From NCBI GenBank assembly GCA_964016885.1, contig OZ024742.1, positions 303,056,001 through 303,120,000 of the forward strand: a stretch of DNA of 64,000 bases, read 5' to 3'. The notes under the pieces were generated by a model. It did no database searches. It was not told where the DNA came from and saw nothing but the letters and a program-made list of their open reading frames with translations. Below, in pieces: positions 13,415-30,170 of the stretch. Positions within the stretch are counted from its first letter, which is position 1; each line of letters begins with the position of its first letter. The DNA comes from Eledone cirrhosa. Its lineage: Eukaryota. Made by a program: the position numbers and the translations under genes.

Positions 13415-14895
13415 GGAGATGGCACACCATCGTGATTTAAGATTCATAGTCAATATTCTAGCTTACAGCACATCAATCATTCATGAATGATTTGGAGTAA
13501 ACGTAATTGCAGTGAATGTTTATGTCAACATTCCAGAGATCAGGTGTTTCTCTTCGTTAAGACAATTTTCAATACCTTCTAATTATACTAGATTTGCTGT
13601 CATATTCTCGTCTCGGGAGAAAAACAGAATCCGGAATTGTCTCACATATTTATATTAGGAAAAGTAGATATGAAATAGCCAGACTAAAATGTGCTAACAC
13701 CTCCTTATAAACAGGAAAATTTATCTCGATAAACTACTAACTTTGCATTCTTTTGTCAACCTTAAATTAATGAAGACGTTGCAGATAATAAAAGAAACGT
13801 AGATGACTGGAACAGTTCAAATACATATGCACCAGAACAAACATACATTCATTGTCAACACGCAACTGACACCCACTATGTAAATTTTTCCAAATGATGC
13901 ATCTCACAATCACTAATGATTAGCCCACATTCGTAGCATAGCAAATTCTGAAGCCTAAATATAGCCTTCCTCTTCAGTGAAACAACATACTTCAGCTACC
14001 TTTCTTCGAATCTTAAACGAAGTTAACAATAGAAAACTTTTGCATACGTGTAGGATGGTTCTACTGCTATTTGCACAAACATTCTAGTCTGCATTCAAAT
14101 GAAAGCATTGTACTGATTGATAGAGAAATACTTACTCCAAACAGGCTCTACTTTCTCACTGTCTCTTCTATCAGTACACCAAATGATTCTACTTTCTATA
14201 CCTATGTACAATGCTTATCACAAGTATCTCCCCAGCCGGTTAGACACTTCTGTCGTCATTTTATCCAAAAGAGACCGTACTTATCAATTTTCCTCAAACC
14301 AGCTTCCTCAGAATGTTAAAACATTTCATTCTCCACCCAACAAAATGTTTTCAACTGCTTCAATTTAATTATTCACAGAAGTTCATGTACGCTTCTATAT
14401 CCCCCTGACTAAATCATAAATGTAAATCTACAATTCTCGTGATTTTCTAGATAAGCCTGGTTGCCGGTGAAAGCTATATCTAAGATTGCTTAAACATTTG
14501 CCATTAACAAACATATTAGACGAGGCAGAGATTCCTGTCAAATGGCTATAGACAACGAGTCAGGTAACACATTCAATGAATTTTCATATAATCTGTCTGA
14601 TATAGCATACTCCTTAGATATAGCATACTCCTTATATATATCAGTACCGTTTGAAGAGTATGGTAAAATGAAAGAAAGAAGAGTAAATGAAATTTAAAAA
14701 AAAGCAGAAATGAGTAGAATGTGTAATTAGAGGGATAGAAGGAATTTGATCTGTGGCGCATTCAGTTACAAATAGATTGGCAACTTTGTTTGGTCACACT
14801 GCATTGCAAGATAGACACGTATCTTCTAAGACTGTTTCGGTTTAAGTAATGCTGTCAGATGAATGTAGTGGGCAGAAACTATGCAGCAACTGGTA

Positions 14896-14948
<53 letters not shown>

Positions 14949-14954
<6 letters not shown>

Positions 14955-15374
14955 AATTAAAATGAAGAATTAGAAGCCAGGACTATCCATCATCAGTGGT
15001 CTACTAGCCATCATAGGTATTTTTTCGCATTAAAGAGCAGATACCCCAGGCTAGCGCGAACAATAACTAAAGTAAGTTATTGGGATAGAAAGAATTGGAT
15101 GGAGAAAGAGAGACAGGTAAACAAACATGAATGGTGAGGCAACGTAAAGAGAGGAAACAATGAGAAAATCAAGTCAATGATTCATTTGAACATAGTTTTT
15201 TTTTATCCCAATAACTTATTTTAGTTATTGTCCGCGCTAGCCTGAGGTTCCTGGTTTTTAATGCGAAGAAATACCTATGATGGCCAGAAAATCACTGATG
15301 ATGGATAGTCCTATTTCTAATTCTTCATTCTAATTTGTATATCACAGTGCAACAACACAGCACGCCATTTTTCA

Positions 15375-15378
<4 letters not shown>
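14949..15378. repeat. Foldback element related to 3185-3628, between (TA)n tracts
   Basis: 14949-15091 is an imperfect reverse complement of 15201-15341. It shares the tail gcaacaacacagcacgccatttttcattca and internal blocks (gcattaaaga, taagttat.ggga, gcaacg..agagaggaaa) with 3185-3628. Confidence 0.8.
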
Positions 15379-15448
<70 letters not shown>

Positions 15449-15793
15449 GTTCAAGAGTAACCAATCTTAAAGAGAGAGATGGAGATAGGAGAGGAGAAGA
15501 GAGATTGGTGAATTAAAGGCATGTGCTCAATGTGCAATATGCAGGGGAAGGCAGCTAGGTGGCTGGGTTCATGCAGAGGTTAGGTGCACAGAGCTGGAAA
15601 TATTCATTAGTTAAGCCAAACAAGACCACACATTTCACAAGGAAGACATTATTAAAAGATTGTCAACATAGTTTTAGTTTAATGTAAGGAATGTAAATAA
15701 TAATAATAATAATAATACTAATAATGTCCGTTTACAATTGTTTCGCTACTCCATATAATGTTTCTGGATCAAATGATTATAGATCATTATAGT

Positions 15794-16880
15794 GCGGTGG
15801 ATTGACAGTATCGGTAGAGGGTCGGACGCCATGCTTTTCAGCAAAGAGTTACGGCCCTTTATGGTATGAGTTCAAATCCCGCCGAGGTTAACTTTGCCTT
15901 TCACCTTTATGAGGTCGATAAAATAAAGTACTAGTAATACACTGGGATAATTGTCGGCCTTGTGCCAAAAGTAGAAATAATTATTGATCTGGTTCAGTTG
16001 ATTATCTGGTTCAGTTAATTATCTTCAACTGAACCAGATCAATAATGATCTATAATCATTTGATCCAGAAACATTATATGGAGTAGCGAAACAATTGTAA
16101 ACGTATTAGTATTATTAAAGGCAGTATCGGTAGAGGGTCGGACGCCATGCTTTGCAGCAAAGACTTACGGCCCTTTATGGTCTGAGTTCAAATCCCGCCG
16201 AGGTTAACTTTGCCTTTCATCCTCACAGGTTCGATAAAATAAAGTACCAGTAATGAACTGGTTAATTGCTGGCCTTGTGCCAAAAGTAGAAACAATCATT
16301 AGTATTATTATTATTATTATTATTCATCCGTAAGGATGAAAGGCAAAGTTAATCCCGCCGAGGTTAACTTTGCCTTTCATCCTTACGGGGTCGATAAAAT
16401 AAAGTACCAGTAATGCACTGGTTATGTGATGGCCTTGTGCCAAAAAGTAGAAACAATTATTAATGCGTTAGCTTAGGGCAGTGGATTGGCAGTATCGGTA
16501 GAGGGTCGGACGCCTTGCTTTTTCAGCAAAGAGTTACGGCCCTTTATGATCTGAGTTCAAATCCCGCTGAGGTTAACTTTGCCTTTCATCCTTACGGGGT
16601 CGATAAAATAAAGTACCAGTAATGCACTGGTTATTTGATGGCCTTGTGCCAAAAAGTAGAAACAATTATTAATGCGTTAGCTTAGGGCAGTGGATTGGCA
16701 GTATCGGTAGAGGTTCGGACGCCTTGCTTTTTCAGCAAAGAATTACGGCCCTTTATGATCTGAGTTCAAATCCCGCCGAGGTTAACTTTGCTTTTCATCC
16801 TTACGGGGTCGATAAATAAAGTACCAGTCACGTACTGGGTCGTTTTAATCGAATTGCTGGCCTAACGTAGAAACAATTAT
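15794..16880 (+). mobile_element. Cluster of about five tRNA-derived SINE copies, partly in 210-bp tandem
   Basis: Repeated head ggattggcagtatcggtagagggtcggacg...gagttcaaatcccgccgagg and body ttaactttgcctttcatccttacggggtcgataaaataaagtaccag. The aatcccgc motif recurs at ~16351, ~16560 and ~16770. Confidence 0.85.
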
Positions 16881-17009
16881 TATTATTATTACTATTATTA
16901 TTATTATTATTCTTTACATTCCTTACATTAAACTAAAACTATGTTGACAATCTTTTAATAATGTCTTCCTTGTGAAATTTGTGGTCTTGTTTTGCTTAAC
17001 TAATGAATG

Positions 17010-17074
<65 letters not shown>

Positions 17075-17116
17075 GTCAGCTTACAATACTAGCGTATCTA
17101 TCTATCTATCTATCTC

Positions 17117-19981
17117 AGGTTCTAGCTGCGGATAGGAATAGGAAGGACAGGGAGCTAATAGATAGAGTAGAAGAGGCAATTAGAAGCGGCGACGTGGCCA
17201 GAGTGCTAGCGTCGAGAACGGCTTTGAGCCAGTTTTTCGACGCGAAGCACGAAGGCTGCGTTGTCCGAAGTAAAATACGTGCTCTAGGGAACGAGGGGAC
17301 CAAAGCTGTTAGCTGGGCCCGCGTGACAGAGGCCAACAGTGGAACTAAATCCACCATCCGGTCTTTGCGAGACCTGGATGGACGGGCGATTCTTGAGCCT
17401 AAGCGGATGTGTGAGGCCTTTCAAAGGCACTTTGCCCGACTGTTCGGGGGGTGGGGAGCCGGTTGGGAACGTGGACTTCGGTCCATACATCGACGGCCTG
17501 CCGCGCCTCTCGGACAGGGAGGCGAAGTCCTGCGAGGAGCCGATTTCGGCCGCTGAGATAGAGGACGTGCTGAGCCAATGCGGCAAACGCAAATCCCCGG
17601 GTCTCGATGGTCTTCCTTACGAATTATATCTAGCTATGCCGGACTTGTTCCCCGATCTCCTCGAGGCGGTCTACTGCAACTGGCAACAGAACGGGAGAAT
17701 TCCCTGTACTTTGACCAAGGGCGTAGTCACGCTAGTGAGGAAGGACGAGAACAAGGGGGACGAAATAAGTAACTTCAGGCCCATAACTCTGCTAAATACA
17801 GAGTTACAGATTTTGGCCAAGGTGCTAGCAAATAGGTTGGCGCTTGTCGTGGGCAACCTGGTGGGAGATGCGCAGACATGCGCTATCCCGTCCAGGTCCA
17901 TCCATGACAACCTCCACCTCATGCGATACATCATAGAGAGGGTTGGGAACGAACCCGGCTTTGGTGGGGCTCTGATCAACTTGGATCAATCTAAGGCGTT
18001 CGATAGGGTCGACCATGGTTACCTGGATGCGGTGCTTGCGGCGGCAGGCTTCGGACCCGTTTTCAGGGGCTGGATCACTGCTATGCACAGCAGCCGCATC
18101 TGCTCTAGGGTCAAGGTGAACGGCTACCTCTCGGAGCCGTTCAAAATCGCGCGGTCCATCCGACAAGGGTGCCCTCTCTCCTCCCTTCTGTATGTGTTGA
18201 CTCTCGAGCCACTACTGCGGAAGTTGGAGTTGTTGCAGGGCATCCCTTTGGAACCGGGATTGCGGAAAGCGGTGTCGGCCTACGCCGATGACGTGACAGT
18301 AATGGTGTCGACGGCCTCCGAAATCGAGGCGGTCGGCACCTTACTGGAGGAGTACTAAAAGTTCACAGGGGCTAAGCTGAACCGGGACAAGTCGATCGGT
18401 TTGCAACTCGGCACGTGGAGGGGCAGACCGATGCCCTCCAATGGCGTCGTCGGACGCTGGACGGAGGGCCAGGTGAAGTTGCTCGGGGTCTGGTTCGGAC
18501 CGGACCTCCAGGTGGAGAAGAACTGGGCGGAGGTTACGAACAGGGTGTTTGCACTGACCCAGAAGTGGGCCAGTTGCAAACTATCCCTGAAAGGTCGGGC
18601 GGAGGTGGCGAACACCTACATAGCGTCCGTCATCTACTACCGCCTGACCGTAGTGCCCTGCCCAAGGGAAACCCTCACCAAGATGGAGCGCGCGCTCTTC
18701 CAATTCCTTTGGAAGAGGCGGGCTCCTATGGTGAGGAGATCCATCTGCTGTCAACACCCTTCGAAAGGAGGGCTGGGGATGCCGTGGCTAATGATGCGTA
18801 AACACGCATTAACGCTACGGCACCTCTACGTATTCCTCACCGGACAACCGGTGTGGGCCTCGTTTGTGAGACGAACCTTTCCCAGACTCGTCTCACTCAC
18901 CGAGCTGCAATCCTGGGTCAAGCAAAGACCGAGAAAACTGGGCGCCTGGCACACTGAGTATGTCCAGGCGCTCACCGCCCTCTGGCAGGCGGATCCGGTT
19001 ATCAGTGGAGACTCCACCGCAACATTCTATAGAGGGCTGGTACGCAGCAGGTGCGACGAGGCCCTCGGAGAAGCCCTAGACATGGAGGAGGACGAACTGG
19101 CCAGCCTGTTCGGTAGGACATTCAGCCCGGGACCTATGGACAACTTCCAGAAGTCCCTGGCCTGGCAGTGCTACCGAGGAGCCTTACCCGTTCGAGAAAG
19201 GCTCTACAGACACGGGCGCCCGGGTAGGGACCCCGCCAAAAAGATCTGTCCCAGATGCGTGTGCGACGAGGAAACCGTTGCACACGCATTGGTACACTGC
19301 TCGGGCGTAGCCGATCTGTGGGGCTATGTCGAACAACTGCTGTCAAGGGTGGGACCGATCCGGTTGACCACCGAGTCTATTGTAATGATCAAGCCGCCTC
19401 CCTCCTTCAAAGATGAAGCAGAGGCGGTGTTTCTGTGCGTAATAGCCATGGCGAAAGAGGTTGTATGGTGGACGCGTCTGAAAGGACTGAGGTCAGGCAC
19501 CTTTCTCTCTGGCCAACAAGTGGTCCGTTTCTTCCGATATCATTTCGGAAGAAGGATCAGTATGGAGAGAGAGGTGCTGCACCCCAGTCGTTTTTATGAA
19601 AGGTGGGTGAAAGTGGCGAGAATGGCCCGTGTGAATGGGCCTTCTCTTTACATGAGCCTGTAGGTGGAAAAGAGGAAGGAACGAGGGAGCACCCCCTCTC
19701 TGTGCTCCTGAGGAAAAGGGTTGCACACTTTTTTCGGGGGTGTGTGCGACCCCCCAAGGCGCCTCCTCTCTATTAAGGATTTTGTTATAAATTTTATTTT
19801 TTGTTATATTTTATAACAAAATCCTCTATTGAGGATTTTGTTATAATTCTATTTTTTGTTATATTTTATTTTATTTTTATATATTGTTATTGCCTCCTCC
19901 CTATTGAGGACGCCTTGTTTTGTAAACTCCCCCCATTGTACTTGTCCCACTTTTGATGCCCTTGTGGCAAATAAAAGAAAC
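17117..19981 (+). mobile_element. Tx1-like LINE copy 1 (subfamily A, 5'-truncated within ORF2)
   Basis: Starts directly after (TATC)n, mid-ORF2 (VLAADRNRK). RT motifs KSPGLDGLP, FRPITLLN, DQSKAFD, RQGCPLS and YADD; C-terminal CPRC-x8-H-x4-C; stop at 19663; AATAAA at 19970. Has a frameshift and a premature stop (18356). Confidence 0.93.
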
Positions 19982-19982
19982 A

Positions 19983-24295
<4,313 letters not shown>

Positions 24296-24532
24296 TATCT
24301 ATCTATCTATCTATCAGACGTGTGTAACTTCGCGGAGAAGTTTCCGTTAATTTATGTAAGAAAAAAACGTGAGTTTTTAGTTAAATTTTATATCATTGTG
24401 TAACTTGACCACCCGTCTGGACCTTCAGGTAGTGGATCAACTCATTTTCGCCCCCACAGGGGCGGAATATCCATTAAAAAAATTTTTCTCCATCGAATCT
24501 TGGAAAAAATATTATAAAATTTTGATTACGTT

Positions 24533-26403
24533 ATGAACGCTGCGTCCAACGATAATGGTGGTGGAGAGGCGGTAAGACTACAAAGCTCGCAGTCAACAAC
24601 GTCTTCTTCACTAGATACTATAGAGATGGAAAGACGAAATGAAAATAAAAAACGAATTCATATCCAAACAACACAAATGACACCAAACAGTTCAATGACA
24701 ACAAAAATAACAGCAAAACCAATAATGATGATAAAAGCAACAATGATAACAACAACAAAGAAAAAAATAAAGACAACGCCAATAACACCAGCATCAAAGA
24801 CAACAACAACACCAAGGAAAATACGGATGATACCAACATCGGTGACAACAAGAATAACAACAACAATAACAACAATAATGACAACACCACCAATACGGAT
24901 TCCACAAAGAAACCAAAAATCTCCTTTGCAGAGAAAGTTCAAAAGAAAGAAGAATTGATATATCTCGACATAACAAATGCTGAACTACTTTTAAAGGACG
25001 CTAAGAGATATGTCACTTTCGAAAAAAATGGTGCTTTCAGCATCAATTCTCCGCTAGAAATTCGCAAGGAAACTGCTCTCAAGACGATAGTTTTTAGGAC
25101 AGTTTCCAATTCTACCCGAAAACCAGTCCAATTGTCACAGAAAGAATTTGAACTGGTTTTCAAAAATTCAATGAATGATATTGCATTCATTCAAAGAAGC
25201 AAACTTTTTGGGAGTATTTCGGTACTCATGAAGGATCAATTGACGGCCCAAAATTACTCTGTGTCGCCAATTGTATCCAACCTGTACACCTTTTTCCCTA
25301 CATACATGGGAAAAAGGACACAAAAGATCAGAATCACAAGTGTCACAGCAAAGGTGAACATACGGTGGATACTGTGCGGCTTCATCAATTTTGATGAAGA
25401 CAGAATACTGTCAGTAGGAAAGTCCCCCAGAGATGTATTCAATGGGACTAGCATTGAAGTTCTGGTGCAAATGAGCCCAGAGCGAATAGCTATGATCCCA
25501 CAGCGTGTACTCCTGGACGGACTCACCTACATAAACCTTTCGGTTGAGGGTAGGCGGCCTTCATGTTACCATTGCTTTAACAGGGGTCACCTGAGGGCTT
25601 CCTGTCCTAAACTAATGAACCAAAAAAAGGCTCTTCTGCCGACACCCATCAAAACAACACAACCACCAACACCACCACAACAACACCAACACACAAAAAA
25701 CACAGCCCCACCCAACCCCACTCCACCTAAATCCACTGCAAAATTACATACAGACACAACAGCTCCCCAAGACATAACCCTCCCCAATCACACAGACGAT
25801 ACAACAGATGAGGCTATCTCGCCATCACCCAGTGAAGACGAGGGAGAACCCCATCGCTCGAAAAGACATCACAAAAGCAAAAAACCAGCAAACACTACCA
25901 CAAACATACAACCACCAACACAAACAACAAAAATATCACAAACAAAACCCCCACCTGCTGAAAACAAAATACCTACAACAAAACGAGAGCACACACAAGA
26001 ACTACAGACAAAAACAAACACAACACAAGAAAATTACACTTACACTTACATAAACACTGAAAACAAAACACTAATGGAGACCATCACGAACGACCCTTCG
26101 GTTTTCACCGAAGGGAAAACTTTCGCCCACTCTATTAAAAATAGCAAAAAACTGAACCTAAAACTGATTAGGGTCCCTATACAAACTTATAGGTCCCTAA
26201 AAGAATCATTTGAGAAGGATGTGGGGAATTCCTGCGTGAAACCACTCAACCGCGTCCTTCTCAAATGCCTCCCCACCCCAGACCCCACCCCACCAAACAT
26301 CTGCATCCGCACCCCGCCGGAAACCACCACCCATCCAGACAACCCCTCCAACACCCCCATGGAAATCGTGCGGCCTGGTCCCCAGGAGGCGAAGGGTGAG
26401 TGA
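24533..26403 (+). pseudogene. ORF1 (gag-like nucleic-acid-binding protein) of copy 3, with one frameshift in an A-run near 24650
   Basis: CCHC zinc knuckle CYHCFNRGHLRASC, N/D-rich N-terminus, P/T-rich linker and conserved C-terminal block KPLNRVLLK. Confidence 0.85.
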
Positions 26404-26436
26404 TCTCTTTTCCACTTTTAACTTTTCAGCACTAAC

Positions 26437-29400
26437 ATGGCCAATATAAGAGTTGGATGTGTGAACGTATGCGGCCTGGGGATGCCGTGGAAACAGGGCA
26501 AACTCTTAAACGACATCAGGTCGCACAGTATGGATGTGGTAGCCATTTGCGAGTCCAGGATCCACGGCGAGCGACAGCTGGCCCCCATCTTCGATGACTT
26601 TGAGATCTACGCATCTCTCTGTCAACCGGGGGGTGGGGGCGGAGTTGCCGTTTTGCTGCGGAAACACCTGGGCCTCGTAACACAGACAGTACATCTGGAC
26701 CCGGAGGGTCGACTGGTGGTCCTAGACGTTGACGGTAGTGAAGGTGGAGCCTTCAGGCTGGTGGCCGCATATGCCCCATCCGGGACACCGCGGCCAGACT
26801 TCTTCAAACGTCTAGAGACTTTTCTGGGAACGTCCCGCTCCTTGCTTTTAGTGGGGGACTGGAATGGAATCCTAGATGCACGTTGGGACTATATGGGAGC
26901 ATGTCCCGATAAAGGAGGGTGTAACAGCCTCAAACAGTTAATCGACCGATTTGACCAGGCTGATAGATATCGACTAGATTTTCCGACTGCGCCACTGTGG
27001 AGGTGGAGTAATCGTAGCGGAACATCTAGATCGTACCTAGATAGGGTTCTAGTTAGAAATAAGGATAGGGACATGTTAAGCTGTCCACAAATGTTCATGG
27101 TTGCCTATTCAGATCACAAACTAGTGACCTGACCTGCATGGCCAACCTTGATAGAACCCATAGACAAGGACCCGGCTACTGGAAGCTGAACTTGTCGTTA
27201 CCGACAAGCAAAGCATACAGTAGACGGATTAGCACTTTAGTTAAACAGCACTTGACAGGGGTCAACAACAGATGGTGGTACTCTCTCAAGAGGGCAGTTA
27301 GATTAGACTCGATAGTTTTTAGTAAAGAATTAGCGTTAGATAGAAATAGAACCGAGAAGGAACTGGTAGATAAAGTAGAAGAGGCAATTAGAAGTGGAAA
27401 CGTAGCCAGCGTGCTAGCAACGAGAACGGCCGTGGACCAGTTCTTCGACGCAAAGCACGAGGGCTGCGTTGTCAGAAGCAAAATACGTGCTCTGGGAAAC
27501 GAGGGAGCCAAAGCTGTTAGCTGGGCCCGAGTGACGGAGGCAAAAAGTGGCAACAAGTCCACGATTCGGTCTTTGAAGGACCAAAACGGACGCGTGATAC
27601 GTGAGCCGAAGCAGATGTGTGCGGCATTCAGCGGCACTTTGCTCGGCTGTTCGGGGGGAGCGGCGCGCCGGGAGAGGCTATGGATTTCGGTCCATACCTC
27701 GACGGCCTACCGCGACTCTCGGACAGCGGGGCAAAGTTCTGCGAAAAGCCGATTTCAGCCACTGAGATAGGGGACGCGCTGAGCCAATGCGGCAAACGCA
27801 AATCTCCGGGTCTCGACGGTCTACCCTACGGATTTTACATAGCAATGCCGGACTTATTCTCCGGTTTCCTGGAAGCGGTCTACTGCAACTGGCAACAGAA
27901 CGGGAGAATTCCCAGTTCTGTAACCGGGGGCGTGGTCACACTAATCAGGAAGGACGAGAATAAGGGGGATGACATAGGCAACTTCCGGCCCATAACTCTG
28001 CTAAACACAGAGTTACAGATTTTGGCCAAGGTGTTGGCAAAGAGGCTGGCGCTTGTCGTCGAGAACCTGGTGGGAGAAGCGCAGACATGCGCAATCCCGA
28101 CCAGGTCCATACACGACAACCTCCACCTCATGCGATACATCATAGAGAGGGTAGGGTGTAAACCCGGCTTCGGTGGGGCCCTGATCAACTTGGATCAGTC
28201 TAAGGCTTTCGATAGGGTTGACCATCGTTACCTGGATGCGGTGCTCGAGGCGGCAGGCTTCGGACCCGTGTTCAGGGGCTGGATTGCTGCAATGCACAAC
28301 AGCAACATCTTCTCAAGGGTCAAGGTGAACGGCTACCTCTCGGAGCCGTTCCATATTACGCGATCCATTCGACAGGGATGCCCTCTCTCCTCCCTTCTGT
28401 ACGTACTGACTCTCGAGCCACTACTGCGGAAGCTGGAGCTATTGCAGGGCATCCCTCTGGAACCGGGACTGCGGAAAGCGGCGTCGGCCTACGCCGACGA
28501 CGTCACAGTAATTGTGTCGAGCGCCTCGCAAATCGAGGAAGTCGGCACCTTACTGAAGGAATACGAAAGTTTCACAGGAGCGAAGCTGAACCGGGACAAG
28601 TCCATCGGTTTGCAACTCGGATCGTGGAGAGGCAGACCGATGCCTTCCGATGGCGTCGTCGGCCGCTGGACGGAAGGACTGGTAAAGCTGCTCGGGGTCT
28701 GGTTTGGTCCGGACCTTCAGGGGGAGAAGAACTGGAACGAAGTGACGGCCAAGGTGTTTGCACTCACCCAGAAGTGGGCCAAGTGAAAACTATCCTTGAA
28801 AGACCGAGCGGAGGTGGCGAACACTTTTATAGCGTCCGCCATCTACTACCGCTTGACCGTCGTGCCTTGTCCAGCCAAAACGCTCGCCAAAATGGAGCGC
28901 GCGCTCTTCCGATTCCTTTGGAAGAGGCGGGCTCCTTTGGTGAGAAGATCCATCTGCTGCCAACACCCTTCTAACGGAGGGCTGGGGGTGCCGTGGTTGA
29001 CGATGCGCAAACACGCGCTCTGGCTGCGGCATCTCTACGTATTCCTCACCGGACAACCGGTGTGGGCCCCGTTCGTGAGGCGAGCCTTCCCACGACTCGT
29101 CTCGCTGACCGAGCTGCAGTCCTGGGTCAAGCAAAGACCGAGGAAAATGGGCGACTGGTACATCGAATGTGCTCAGGCGCTCACAGCCCTCTGGCAGGCG
29201 GACCCGGCGGTCAGTGGAGACTCCACTTCGTCATTCTATAGAGGGTTGGTCCGCAGCAAGTGCGACGACGCGCTCGGTGAAACTCTAGGCGTAGAGGAAG
29301 ATGAACTGGTCAGTCTGTTCGGTAGGACCTTCCGCCCGGGACCGATGGACAACTTCCAAAAGTCCCTGGCCTGGCAGTGCTACCGAGGAGCTCTACCAGT

Positions 29401-29872
29401 TCGAGACAAGCTCTACAGACATGGGCGCCCGGGCAGGGACCCTGCAAAAAAGATCTGTCCGAGGTGCGTGCGAGACGAAGAAACCGTCGCGCACGCATTC
29501 ATACACTGCCCGGACGTCACTGACCTGTGGGGCTATGTAGAACGACTATTGTCGCGGGTGGGACCAATCCAGTTGACCACCGAGTCCATTGTCATGATCA
29601 AACCGCCACCCTCCTTCAAAAACGAAGGAGTGGCGGTTTTCCTTTGTATGATAGCTATGGCGAAAGAGGTTGTATGATGGACAAGGTTGAAAGGGCTGAG
29701 GTCAGACACCTTTCTCTCCGGCCAACAACTGATTCTTTTTTTCAAATACCACTTTGGAAGAAGAATCAGGATGGAGAGAGAAGTGCTGTACCCCAGCAAG
29801 TTTTATGAAAGGTGGGTGAAAGTGGCGAGAATGGCCCGAGTGAATGGGCCTTCTCTCTATATCAGCCTGTAG
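26437..29872 (+). pseudogene. ORF2 (APE endonuclease-RT-zinc finger) of copy 3, disrupted
   Basis: ORF pieces 26437-27132, 27138-27770, 27617-28786, 28796-29677 and 29687-29872 are collinear with the intact ORF2 at 37331-40768. Confidence 0.9.
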
Positions 29873-30110
29873 GTTGAGGAAAAGAAGGAGGAGAGGAAAG
29901 GAGTACAAACTCTTCGTACTCCTGGAGATGAGGGTTGCACATTTTTTTTCGGGGGTATGTGTTACCCATATAAACTGTCTCCCTCTATTGGGGAAAATCG
30001 ACTAACTTTTTAAATTCCATTTGTGATAACATTTTACACGTTTTTATTGTATGTAAACTTCCCCATTTGTATTTGTCCCCTTCTTTTGTGCCCCTTAGGC
30101 TAATAAAGAA

Positions 30111-30170
<60 letters not shown>

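Larger units (their letters stand above)
24316..30110 (+). mobile_element. Tx1-like LINE copy 3 (subfamily B, full length, disrupted)
   Basis: 5'UTR, ORF1 24533-26403, ORF2 26437-29872 with frameshifts and stops, and a 3'UTR ending aataaagaa-(ATCT)n. Confidence 0.93.

Noticed and set aside
13560-14560. Possible decayed transposase on the minus strand (KIDKYGL resembling piggyBac)
   Set aside because: A single short motif with no supporting neighbouring motifs or TIRs.
15794-15885. tRNA gene
   Set aside because: A/B-box-like motifs belong to a multi-copy SINE head and no cloverleaf forms.
26396-26429. 34-nt mini-intron fusing ORF1 to ORF2 in copy 3
   Set aside because: Very short, the product is out of frame with ORF2, and the AG is absent from the other copies.
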